A DNA stretch of 64,000 nt from an uncultured Desulfatitalea sp. (GTDB lineage Bacteria > Desulfobacterota > Desulfobacteria > Desulfobacterales > Desulfosarcinaceae). Below are positions 52,405-61,494 of the stretch, piece after piece (position 1 is the stretch's first letter; the number at the start of each line of letters is the position of its first letter). The notes beneath the pieces were generated by a model. It had not been told where the DNA came from. It saw only the letters and a program-made list of their open reading frames with translations, and did not search any database. Made by a program: the position numbers and the translations under genes. The stretch is from assembly GCA_963668675.2 (NCBI GenBank), contig CAXXMB010000001.1, positions 608,001 to 672,000 of the forward strand. The letters are read 5' to 3'.

Positions 52405-53382
52405 CTAACGGAAGTGGTTATAGCCTCCCTTTAGCGGATTTGAACGCCCTTTGTGATCGATAAGGAGGATTTTGTCTTCCTGATCGGTCACCTTGCCCAC
52501 CTTGGTGCATATAATTCCCTTGTCTTCGAGTGCTGCAACGCTCTCTGGAGGGATGGAAAAGAGCAATTCAAAATCTTCTCCTCCTCCGATGGCCCATTGC
52601 AGGGGATCGACTCCCAACACTTGCGATGCCTGGACGACCTCATCATGCAGGGGGATCGCCTCGGCCTCTATTTCTGCTCCGACCTTGCTCTGTGTGCACA
52701 GGTGGTTCACTTCAGCTCCCAGTCCATCGCTGATATCGATCATGGCGTTGGCCACCGGGGCAATGGCCCCGGCGAGGTCCATCCGGCATCTGGGTTCGAA
52801 GTGTTTGCGTTTAAGATAATTGGATGGCATCTGCCCGCTGCTCAACAGTGCCAATCCTGCAGCCGATGCACCCAGAGAACCTGTTACCATCAATAGATCG
52901 CCGGGCTTGGCATGGCTGCGAAGGCATAGATGCTGTGGGGATACAGCACCAAGCAGACAAATAGTGATCGTCGTGTCCCTGCCCTGGGTGGTGTCGCCGC
53001 CGAGCAGGGCGATGTCGTGACGGCGGCATGAACGATCGATTCCCTGGTAGAGCCTTTCTACCCAATTCACATCGGCATCTGCGGGCAGGGCCAGTGAAAC
53101 GAACATCCACTGGGCAATGCCGCCCATTGCGGCGATATCGCTCACATTGCACTCGGAAGCCTTGATGCCGATCTGCTCAGGTGTTGCCCATTTGCAGTTA
53201 AAGTGACGATCTTCTACCAGCATATCCGTTGTGACGAGCAGATAGGGGGCCGGTTCAGGCGCCATACGAATGACCGCCGCGTCGTCCCCAATGCCCTGCA
53301 CCACCTCGGGTCGATCTGCGGCGACCATTTTTGCCAGGCGATCGATCAGGGCAAATTCTCCACCAATCTCATTGATCTTCAT
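52405..53382 (-). CDS. thiL: Thiamine-monophosphate kinase
   Basis: GEFALI, GIGDDAA, NVSDIAAMG, GGDT, IDISDGL, GGEDFELLF. Confidence 0.96.
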   Translation of the reverse strand: MKINEIGGEFALIDRLAKMVAADRPEVVQGIGDDAAVIRMAPEPAPYLLVTTDMLVEDRHFNCKWATPEQIGIKASECNVSDIAAMGGIAQWMFVSLALPADADVNWVERLYQGIDRSCRRHDIALLGGDTTQGRDTTITICLLGAVSPQHLCLRSHAKPGDLLMVTGSLGASAAGLALLSSGQMPSNYLKRKHFEPRCRMDLAGAIAPVANAMIDISDGLGAEVNHLCTQSKVGAEIEAEAIPLHDEVVQASQVLGVDPLQWAIGGGEDFELLFSIPPESVAALEDKGIICTKVGKVTDQEDKILLIDHKGRSNPLKGGYNHFR

Positions 53383-53409
53383 GTCAACTATTCTCTTCGA
53401 TGCTATGCA

Positions 53410-54867
53410 TTAAAGGGTGTACAACTCACGCACAATCCGGGACAGTGTCTTCAACCCATTGTCGATCCGTTCACTGAAGGGGAGACCGCAACTGATACGT
53501 ATGCAGTGTCTGTAGTCATCATTGCTGGCACAGATGACCCCGGGTAGAACTGCGATCTTCTCCTTCAAGGCACGCCGGAACAGTTCAAGACTGTCCAGAT
53601 CATGGCGCAGTTGGACCCACAATGTCAACGCACCGGAGGGTGATGATAATCGCGTCTCTTTCGGAAAATGTCTGGCAATGGCCATGGAGGTGTTGGCCAT
53701 CTGTTTTTGAAGGATCGTTCGCAGCTTTCTCAAATGACGGTCAAAATTGCCGCTCTTCAAATATTGATACAATACATATTGATTTAAGGATGGTGATGAA
53801 ACCGAAGTATAGAGTTTAAGGTGTTTTACTCTCTCAAGAAAAAGGCCCGGCATGCTCCATCCGACACGTAATCCGGGGGATAGGGTTTTTGAAAAGGAGC
53901 TGCAGTAGAGGACGAGTCCCTTGGTGTCGAAAGATTGCAGCGGTGCAGGTCTTGTCGGTCCGAAGTGAAGTTCACCATAGATGTCATCCTCTATGATGGG
54001 AATGGCTTCGGCATTGAGCATTCGGACAAGTTCGCGCTTCTTTTCGTTTGAAAGGACGAAACCGAGCGGATTTTGGAAATTGTCATTGAAAATACATGCT
54101 TTTACCGGATGTTTTTTAAGCGCAACTTTCAATGCTTCAATATCGATGCCATTAGCGGCATCGGTGGGGATCTCCAAGGCCAACATCTGCAAATCTTCGA
54201 TGAGCTGAAGATACCAGGGGAAGGTTGGCGATTCGACCACAATCGTATCACCTTGTTTGGCAACGGCCTGGAGGCATATGGCCACAGCTTCGAAGCAGCC
54301 GTTGGTAATGACGATGCCATCAGCGCAACTGCTTCGGTTCAGCGCCATGTGGCGTTGGGCAATTTGGCGCCGCAATCCTTCGAGGCCCATGGGGTGTTCG
54401 TAGTTGGCCAGCATAGATGCAAGTCGATCTGATGGGATGCTCTTGATATCCTGTGCCAGCGTTTTAACCGGCATTAGCTCGGGAGCCATGACCGATCCGC
54501 CAAGTTGGAGAATTTCAGGATCACCCATGGCTTCGAGAATGGCAAACGCCAGGTTGTTGATGGTCACCTTGCTGGGTTTGATGAGAGGCTTTTTCGTCTC
54601 GGGGCTTTTCAACAGGGGTTTCAACGGCGGTTTGACGTAATAGCCCGATTTGGGACGCGGCTCGACGACTCCCCGTTTTTCCAACTCGATAAGCGCCTGA
54701 TAGACCGTGGAAATACTCAGCCCTGAGTGGGTGTGCAGCGTTCGAATGGAGGGAAGTTTGTCACCGGTCTGATATGTGCCTTCTGCGATTCCTTTTTCGA
54801 TGGTGTCGGCCAGCGCCAGATATCGAAAGCCTTTAATATCGGATAGTTGGGAGAGCAAATGATGCAT
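53410..54867 (-). CDS. MocR/GabR-family regulator (GntR wHTH plus PLP aminotransferase domain)
   Basis: GDKLPSIR...SISTVYQALIELE...SGYYV; EDDIY, SSFSKTLSPGLRVG. Confidence 0.94.
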   Translation of the reverse strand: MHHLLSQLSDIKGFRYLALADTIEKGIAEGTYQTGDKLPSIRTLHTHSGLSISTVYQALIELEKRGVVEPRPKSGYYVKPPLKPLLKSPETKKPLIKPSKVTINNLAFAILEAMGDPEILQLGGSVMAPELMPVKTLAQDIKSIPSDRLASMLANYEHPMGLEGLRRQIAQRHMALNRSSCADGIVITNGCFEAVAICLQAVAKQGDTIVVESPTFPWYLQLIEDLQMLALEIPTDAANGIDIEALKVALKKHPVKACIFNDNFQNPLGFVLSNEKKRELVRMLNAEAIPIIEDDIYGELHFGPTRPAPLQSFDTKGLVLYCSSFSKTLSPGLRVGWSMPGLFLERVKHLKLYTSVSSPSLNQYVLYQYLKSGNFDRHLRKLRTILQKQMANTSMAIARHFPKETRLSSPSGALTLWVQLRHDLDSLELFRRALKEKIAVLPGVICASNDDYRHCIRISCGLPFSERIDNGLKTLSRIVRELYTL

Positions 54868-54876
54868 ATGTCTACA

Positions 54877-54916
54877 ATCTGTTATGCAAAATATTTTAGA
54901 ACATTGTATCTGTTAT
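54877..54916. promoter_or_regulatory. Putative MocR operator: ATCTGTTAT direct repeat, 31 bp apart
   Basis: Exact 9-mers at 54877-54885 and 54908-54916 in the divergent intergenic region. Confidence 0.6.
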
Positions 54917-54996
54917 TAATTATCAGCGTTGATAGGTTTAAACAACACAAGATGTTTGTTTCAATTGAAAAACATAACAAAAAGGGGGGAGGCAAG

Positions 54997-56217
54997 GTGT
55001 CGTCGATTCTTTCGGAACGGACTGCTGGCATGGGATGCAACGCCATACGTGAAATCCTGAAGGTTGTTTCCAGGCCCGGCATGGTATCGCTTGCCGGAGG
55101 CATTCCCGCACCGGAGAGCTTCCCCATGGATTTAATGCCTGGTTTAACCGATGCAGTGCTGACCAAGTATGGCGCGTCTGCGTTTCAATACGATCCGACC
55201 GAAGGTTTCGAACCGCTTCGCGAAACGCTTTCCGGATATTTGACAACCAAAGGCGTAGAGGTATCTCCTGATGGTATCCTGGTGACCAGCGGTTCCCAAA
55301 GTGCACTTGATCTATCGGGGATGGTGCTGATTTCAAAAGGTGACCGTGTAGCATTGGAGGCACCAACATACGTTGGCGCCTTACAGGCTTTTCGGCCCTA
55401 CCAGCCGGAATTTGTTACGCTTGAGTCGGACGAAGACGGTGTGATTCCTGAATCGTTGGAGAAGGTGCTGCGGAGCGGATCCATTAAACTGATCTATCTT
55501 GTACCAACGTTCCAAAATCCGACAGGGCGGACGATTCCACTGAATCGTCGCATCGCAATAGCGAAAATTATCCGACAATACAATACGCTTTTGGTAGAGG
55601 ATGATCCATACAGCGATTTGCGGTTCAAAGGGACATCGCTTCCAACCATCCGGTCGTTGGCACCTGAACAGGTGATCTATATTGGTACCTTATCGAAGGT
55701 GTTCGCACCCGGCCTGCGTGTCGGGTTTTGTGTCGCACCCGAACTGATCAGACATTGGCTGGTGGTGGCCAAACAGGGGGTCGATCTGCACACCAGCACC
55801 TATAATCAGGCGCTAGCGGCAGAGTATATCAGCGGCGGGCACATGATGGCACACCTTCCCAATATTGTCTGCCTGTATCGCCCCAGGCTCGATGCTCTTC
55901 TGAAGGGCCTGGAGTATTATATGCCGCACGGGTTCTCCTGGTCCAAGCCGGAGGGAGGCATGTTCGTCTGGGTAACGGGGCCACTCGGAATGGATATGGA
56001 TAGGGCTTATCAAGCAGCGATCGCCCGAAATGTTGCCTTCGTGCCCGGAACCCACTTTTTTCCACATCCGGGTAACGGCCTGGAGACCATGAGGCTCAAT
56101 TTTACCATGAGCGATGGGGATACGCTGACAAGGGCGATTGCCACCTTGGCTGATGTGCTCAGCCGGGAGATTACCACCCCAGATGGAGTTCGATGGGATG
56201 CTGTCCCGGCAGAGTAG
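54997..56217 (+). CDS. PLP-dependent class I aminotransferase (LysN/2-aminoadipate aminotransferase-like)
   Basis: AIREILK, SLAGGIP, PTFQNPTG, EDDPY, TLSKVFAPGLRVG, RLNF; GTG start at 54997 with GGAGG SD. Confidence 0.92.
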   Translation: MSSILSERTAGMGCNAIREILKVVSRPGMVSLAGGIPAPESFPMDLMPGLTDAVLTKYGASAFQYDPTEGFEPLRETLSGYLTTKGVEVSPDGILVTSGSQSALDLSGMVLISKGDRVALEAPTYVGALQAFRPYQPEFVTLESDEDGVIPESLEKVLRSGSIKLIYLVPTFQNPTGRTIPLNRRIAIAKIIRQYNTLLVEDDPYSDLRFKGTSLPTIRSLAPEQVIYIGTLSKVFAPGLRVGFCVAPELIRHWLVVAKQGVDLHTSTYNQALAAEYISGGHMMAHLPNIVCLYRPRLDALLKGLEYYMPHGFSWSKPEGGMFVWVTGPLGMDMDRAYQAAIARNVAFVPGTHFFPHPGNGLETMRLNFTMSDGDTLTRAIATLADVLSREITTPDGVRWDAVPAE

Positions 56218-57742
56218 TACTGGACGGGGTCAATTTGATTGCAACCGGAATTCGCCCCTGCTGATCGATAGGCTGCACATCGATGGCCGCTTTGGCGAAG
56301 CCTGGTGGATCGCTTTGGTCGCTGAAGCGATTGAGAGCTGTTTTCAACTGCTCTTCAAGATGGCCGGGGTCGCCTTCCGAGCTTATATGATCTTTGCACC
56401 AAAGAATGAATTGGGTGACCTGGCTCAGAAGGATCTGATAAGCAAGGGAGGTTCCATTTATGACGACCGCTTTTGGAAAGAAGGCTACGTCTCGTTTGGT
56501 TTCGCAAGCCAAGGGGGTAAATCCGCCCTGAACAAACTGCTCCAAACGATCACGATCGAACTGCGCTTCAGATACCATAGGTGGTAGTTCCCCTCCGGTT
56601 TGTAACGCCAGATCTTGTATCTGGTACTTCTGAACATCACAGAAGCGGGTCGGCCAACCCTCTTTGTATGCGCTCTGGGCAACCAGCGTTCCTAAACTCC
56701 AAACCGGCGCAATCCAATTGACGTCAGGTTCGTTAAAGGGGATGAGGCGCGGCTGATTATCTTCACCGTAAGGGTAGCGAACAAGAAAACGATTGCAGGT
56801 GAGGCAGAGCCAATGCCCATATTCCGACTGGACCACACTTTGATATTTGGCGTACGCCTGGGTTTCGATATGGTGACGGATGAGGGGCAGGGTGCCCAGC
56901 CGCGACCACTTCGGAATCTGGAAAAAAGCTGGTGGCACCCACGCGATTACAGGCACCATCAAGGTGGTTGACCACCGGGCTGCTGCAGTGAGCCGTTCGA
57001 TGGAGAGCGGTGTGTTGTCGAAGGGCAGATCGAGCAGGATGACATTGGGCAGATCGTTAACGATAAGGGGCGTGAGGTCATCCAGTCGCTCGGCCAGCGT
57101 CTGAGTATGCACGGTCGCAATAGAGACGGTGGCGGAAGCGTTGTCCGAAACACCCTGCTGAAGTAGAAGTCTCAGGCCTCGCCAGGCGCTCTCCATCTCT
57201 TGAAACCGATGGTCTCCGAAAAGGGCTGTGAGAATGGCTTTCGCGACAGTATCGATCTGGTCCGCCTCATCTTGATGCGAACCCGGCTCCGCCGTTTCGG
57301 TACCATCCAGTGCAACCATGCTCAATATGTTGTCTATGTTGCTTTCAGACTTTGATTTTGCGGGCGGTTTTTTCTCTTGAATATCGATGGTGGGCAATTC
57401 AGGCCATTGGTGGAGCCCCTCTCGGATTCGGCTGGTTGTTTCACCCTTGCGACGGGCCGCTTCAAGGTACGCTTTGGCTTGGCTTAATTTTTGGAAAAAG
57501 GGGTTTGATTTTACAATGCCATCTGGATGAAACGATTTAAGGTTTGCCAATTGAAACTCAAGGCTGCCGTTGGGGCACAGGGATTTTTCGATATTGAGCG
57601 GCAAACGGATCGCCATAGAATGCATAACGTCGTCCAGGGTTGATCGCTCAACGACCTGCGGCGGCTTGGGTACCGCCCCGGCATCTTCCGGTTGAAAAGG
57701 GGCCAGGGCGAGTATTTTAAAATGTGTGTCAAAGGAGGTCAT
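56171..57742 (-). CDS. Single-chain TssB-TssC (VipA-VipB) contractile sheath-like fusion protein
   Basis: N-terminal FKILAL...TLDDVM...LEFQLANLKSFHPDGIV...FQKL is TssB-like; RFQEMESAWRGL, RFLVRYPYG, EGW, GFTPL, SLAYQILLS are TssC-like. Confidence 0.8.
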   Translation of the reverse strand: MTSFDTHFKILALAPFQPEDAGAVPKPPQVVERSTLDDVMHSMAIRLPLNIEKSLCPNGSLEFQLANLKSFHPDGIVKSNPFFQKLSQAKAYLEAARRKGETTSRIREGLHQWPELPTIDIQEKKPPAKSKSESNIDNILSMVALDGTETAEPGSHQDEADQIDTVAKAILTALFGDHRFQEMESAWRGLRLLLQQGVSDNASATVSIATVHTQTLAERLDDLTPLIVNDLPNVILLDLPFDNTPLSIERLTAAARWSTTLMVPVIAWVPPAFFQIPKWSRLGTLPLIRHHIETQAYAKYQSVVQSEYGHWLCLTCNRFLVRYPYGEDNQPRLIPFNEPDVNWIAPVWSLGTLVAQSAYKEGWPTRFCDVQKYQIQDLALQTGGELPPMVSEAQFDRDRLEQFVQGGFTPLACETKRDVAFFPKAVVINGTSLAYQILLSQVTQFILWCKDHISSEGDPGHLEEQLKTALNRFSDQSDPPGFAKAAIDVQPIDQQGRIPVAIKLTPSSTTLPGQHPIELHLGW

Positions 57743-57763
57743 GTTCTGCTTCTTCCCGGTGAT

Positions 57764-58795
57764 CTATGAAAAAAATTTTTTTAGCAAACCGCCGGCTTTT
57801 TGGCCTATCTTTTCAGACAACTCCTGTTTTTCGGGCGTTTCGGCGGGTGACGGTGGCTGGGATGTCGGTTGCTCCGGAGCCGGCTCCGGAAGTGGGTCCT
57901 CTACTTCTGCCAGCCGTCCTCCTCCCAAGAACCTGAATTTTGGCCCCTGTTCGCTCAGAGATAGCTGCATATCCGGTTCAAGACCTGCCTGTACGTTGAT
58001 GAGCCGGCCACCCAGAGAGACACAGTTCATGCCGGTCAGGTCCTTTATCCAATAACGGTTCTGGCTGAAAAAGATCTGCGCGTGGCGTTCGTATACTCCC
58101 GGATGATTGATGACAAAATCGCAGCCTGCACCACTGCCGATGACGATGGGCAGCGTTTGGAACGATTTCAACGCCGGACCGAACTGAATGGCAAGGGGGG
58201 CTTTTACGGTTTCAACCGGTGGTGAAGATGCTGCTGGTGATGGTTGCGCTTGAAACGGCTGCGGAGATTGCGCCCGTATAGGCGCCGGGGAGGCCGCCAT
58301 CGCTTTGGGGGGGACTTGTGGCGGTTTCGCCACAGGCGTCGGTTGCGGCTGCTGTGGTTGAGGGGGTGCCTGCATCTGCTGTTGCGGTGTCGACGGTGGG
58401 GAGGAAACGGCCTGTGGTGCAGGTGCCGGTTCGGGAGCAGGCGTCGGTTCCGGTTGCGGCGCAGACCGGGCATCATTGATCTGAGTAAGGAAGCTCACTT
58501 TGGGGCCGCCTTCGGCAAACATCAGGACATCGCCATCTTTCAGAAAACGCTCTGTAATCTGCTGACCGTTGACGAAGGTGCCGTTGGTGCTTTGGTCAAT
58601 GAGTTTGAAACGGTTGCCTTCACGAACGATGCGGGCGTGAATGCGCGACAATGTCACCATCTCTTTTGGAAACCGGACCTGGCAATCCGGATGGCGACCT
58701 ACCCGTATTTCACCATCCGTCAGCTCCTGGATTTCACCCTTCAGAGGTCCCTGCATGTGTACCAGTTGGACCGTGATATTGGGGATGCTGTTCAT
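57764..58795 (-). CDS. Double-FHA-domain protein with a Pro/Gln-rich linker
   Basis: FHA1: VGRHPDC...LSRIHA...STNGTFVNG; FHA2 (degenerate): IGSGAGCD...YERHAQI. Confidence 0.9.
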   Translation of the reverse strand: MNSIPNITVQLVHMQGPLKGEIQELTDGEIRVGRHPDCQVRFPKEMVTLSRIHARIVREGNRFKLIDQSTNGTFVNGQQITERFLKDGDVLMFAEGGPKVSFLTQINDARSAPQPEPTPAPEPAPAPQAVSSPPSTPQQQMQAPPQPQQPQPTPVAKPPQVPPKAMAASPAPIRAQSPQPFQAQPSPAASSPPVETVKAPLAIQFGPALKSFQTLPIVIGSGAGCDFVINHPGVYERHAQIFFSQNRYWIKDLTGMNCVSLGGRLINVQAGLEPDMQLSLSEQGPKFRFLGGGRLAEVEDPLPEPAPEQPTSQPPSPAETPEKQELSEKIGQKAGGLLKKFFS

Positions 58796-58835
58796 GGCAA
58801 TAACTCAATCGTTCGTGTTTTGTTTGAATCGTTCG

Positions 58836-60470
58836 TTATTGGTTGCTTTTCTTAATCTGCTCCAGCTTCTCCAGCAATTTTTTTGCCTGGCTTAAGTTCT
58901 GCTCAACGTCTTTGTACCCGGGGTCGATCTCATAGACCATCTCCCACTCGGAGATCGCCTCGGCCAGCTTCTCGTTGTTATAATAAACAATGCCTTTGTT
59001 GTAGTGTGCCTCTTTGAAACGGGCTAAACTTTTTTCCACATAGCCAGCACACTGCTCGCAGTTGGCATCGTTGGAGGCTGCCAGTTCAAAGCCTTTTTTG
59101 GCAGCCATGAAATCCCCTTTGTTGTAATCGACAAGCGCCTGCTGATAATAGGATTTGGACAGATAGAGACGTACCTCTTTGTCCTGCGGTTGATGCATCA
59201 GAAACTTTTCGAATTCGGCAATGGCCAGATCGAACTGATTGTTGCCAAAATACTGAAGACCGTTACTGCGGTGCATGAGCAGAGGACCGATTTTACTCTT
59301 TTCGATGTAGTCCCCGCACTGATCGCACTTGGGGTCGTACTGGAGTGCGCTTTCGAAGGCCTCCCGGGCAGCATCGTAATCGTGTTGATCAAAAAGCTGT
59401 TTGCCGCTTTCGAAATACGCACGGGCCAGGTAATCGCGAGTGCGGTCATCGTCCGGTGCAGCTTCGATCGCCTTGTTGAGTTCAAACACGGCGTCTTCGT
59501 ACCTGCTTTCGTTGAACAGCTCGATGCCCGCCTCCCGGTAGGCGAGAATCTGCTCATCGACCTCCGACGCATCACCATTGGGCTGGGCCGTCAGCTCCTC
59601 GTCGGGAGCGACCTTTTCCGCCTCTTCAGGTTTGACCGCTTGTGACGGGCTTGTCTTCTGGCCAGCGTCGTCTATATCCGTTTCGTAAAATGGCAGTCCG
59701 GCTACTTTGGGAACTTTAACCACCTGCCCCACCTTTACGCGTGTGGCGTCATCCATGCCGTTGAACCGCGCAATGATATGAAACTGCTTATAGTCGCCAT
59801 AATACTTCTGAGCCAGTTTTGATATGCTCTCCCCCTGGCGAAGTTTATGTTCTACAAAAGAGCTTGACGAATCGACCTCCTGCGGGGATTCATGCTGAAC
59901 AGCCGCGCCCCCCACATCCGGGATCATGATTCGCTGTCCGGGCTTTACTTTGGTCGCATCTTCAATGTGATTGAATTTGGCGATGGTGTCGAATTTTTTA
60001 TAGTCCCCATAATATTTTTTAGCGATCATCGAGAGACTCTCTCCAGGCTTTACCACATGAAAGATATACGTGGGCGCCTTTTCAGGTTCTCTTGAGACCA
60101 GCATTTTGGAGGCCTGGGGATGGTCTGGTTGGTATTTAAGTGCGGTGAGGAACTCTTTGCGCGCCAGACCATACTTGCCCTGGCTGTGGTACTTCATGCC
60201 AAGCTGATACCTTTCATCCGCCAACCTGGTCAGCTTTTTCGTCAACCGTTCACTGTTCTTCTTGGCGTCGCTGTTCCCGGGGTCTGCGGTGAGGGCAAGT
60301 TTGTATTGCTCCAAGGCAGCCGGAAGATCACCCTGTTTTTCAAGCTTCTGGGCACGGAGGACGTATTGGGCCGCTAATTCCGGATCTGGCTGGCTCGTAT
60401 CCATCAAGGCACAACTGGCGCATAAGAGTGCTAAGACCAAAGGACCGATTAGGAAAAAATGAAGTTTCAT
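58836..60470 (-). CDS. Lipoprotein with TPR repeats flanking two LysM domains
   Basis: Lipobox LCASC; HVVKPGESLSMIAKKYYGD and HKLRQGESISKLAQKYYGD LysMs; repeated TPR A..EF..AL..DP. Confidence 0.9.
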   Translation of the reverse strand: MKLHFFLIGPLVLALLCASCALMDTSQPDPELAAQYVLRAQKLEKQGDLPAALEQYKLALTADPGNSDAKKNSERLTKKLTRLADERYQLGMKYHSQGKYGLARKEFLTALKYQPDHPQASKMLVSREPEKAPTYIFHVVKPGESLSMIAKKYYGDYKKFDTIAKFNHIEDATKVKPGQRIMIPDVGGAAVQHESPQEVDSSSSFVEHKLRQGESISKLAQKYYGDYKQFHIIARFNGMDDATRVKVGQVVKVPKVAGLPFYETDIDDAGQKTSPSQAVKPEEAEKVAPDEELTAQPNGDASEVDEQILAYREAGIELFNESRYEDAVFELNKAIEAAPDDDRTRDYLARAYFESGKQLFDQHDYDAAREAFESALQYDPKCDQCGDYIEKSKIGPLLMHRSNGLQYFGNNQFDLAIAEFEKFLMHQPQDKEVRLYLSKSYYQQALVDYNKGDFMAAKKGFELAASNDANCEQCAGYVEKSLARFKEAHYNKGIVYYNNEKLAEAISEWEMVYEIDPGYKDVEQNLSQAKKLLEKLEQIKKSNQ

Positions 60471-60474
60471 GGGA

Positions 60475-61494
60475 TCACCTGAGTGACAAAGGTTGGAAGG
60501 TTTTTAAACGTGATACGAAAGTTGACATATTCCTTTTTAGAATCTGATCGCGTTGAAGCGTATATCGATTGGCGAAGAAGGGGTTGCCTCCGCGACGAAC
60601 CGTGGCGGCAAGTTTGTAGCCGGACTGACTCGTGACCAGCATGGCGCTGTAATTGACGCGCCCAAACGGGTAGGCAAAAAACATGGTGTCCTGATCGAGC
60701 TTGGCATCGAGGATTTTTTTGGAACCAGCAATTTCATGACGCAGCCGTTCCATATAGGCCTCCTCGCTTTCGTTGTCGTCCTTTTTGGATAGGTCGCTGT
60801 GCGCGATCGTATGGGAACCGATGGTGAATCCGTTATCTTTCAGTTCGCGAAGCTGTTTCCAGGAAAGCGCCTTTTTCGACACACCGACAAAATTTGTATA
60901 TATGAACAGTGTCGCTGTAAAACCATAATTTTTCAAGATCGGATAGGCGATATCATAGAACGAACTGTATCCATCATCAACGGTAATCATGACCGATTTT
61001 CGTGGGAGCGGCTGGCGATATTCGAGAAAGGCCAGCAGTTGCTCCGGTGAGATGACAATGTACCCGTTCTCTTTAAGGTATCGCATTTGACGTTCGAATA
61101 GATCCTCAGGCACACAAAGTGGGGATTTGCACTGTTTGCCAAAGCGGTGATAACAGAGAATTGCAACCTGCTGCACGCCGTTGGCAAAAATACCCCCCTT
61201 GTTTTTGTTTCTCAATGGGATGACTGCGTAGTTGTCTTTTGTGGAAGGCTTGAGGTCGTTGGCATCGTCGATCATCCAGGAGAGGTTCGGGTCGCCGAGG
61301 AAACGTTCCGCCAAAACGGAGGATGTTTCTCCTGGGGCGGTGCGATAGATGATATAGTCTTTCGATCGATGTAACCGGACTGCGGCAGATTCCGTCGATA
61401 CGGGTTTGGTTGCACAACCGGAAATCCATACAGCCCCTAATACACAACACAACAGTGCGCTCCAGGTTCGAAAAATCCGCATTACCACATCCAT
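60475..61494 (-). CDS. CE4/NodB polysaccharide deacetylase lipoprotein (IcaB/PgaB-like) with a degenerate N-terminal LysM
   Basis: Lipobox ISGC; LCYHRF, ITVDDGY, GSHTIAH, FAYPFG; YRTAPGETSSVLAERFLGD. Confidence 0.9.
   Translation of the reverse strand: MDVVMRIFRTWSALLCCVLGAVWISGCATKPVSTESAAVRLHRSKDYIIYRTAPGETSSVLAERFLGDPNLSWMIDDANDLKPSTKDNYAVIPLRNKNKGGIFANGVQQVAILCYHRFGKQCKSPLCVPEDLFERQMRYLKENGYIVISPEQLLAFLEYRQPLPRKSVMITVDDGYSSFYDIAYPILKNYGFTATLFIYTNFVGVSKKALSWKQLRELKDNGFTIGSHTIAHSDLSKKDDNESEEAYMERLRHEIAGSKKILDAKLDQDTMFFAYPFGRVNYSAMLVTSQSGYKLAATVRRGGNPFFANRYTLQRDQILKRNMSTFVSRLKTFQPLSLR

Noticed and set aside
52405..53409. TPP riboswitch at thiL
   Set aside because: Only 27 bp separate thiL from the upstream gene, and there is no TPP aptamer consensus.
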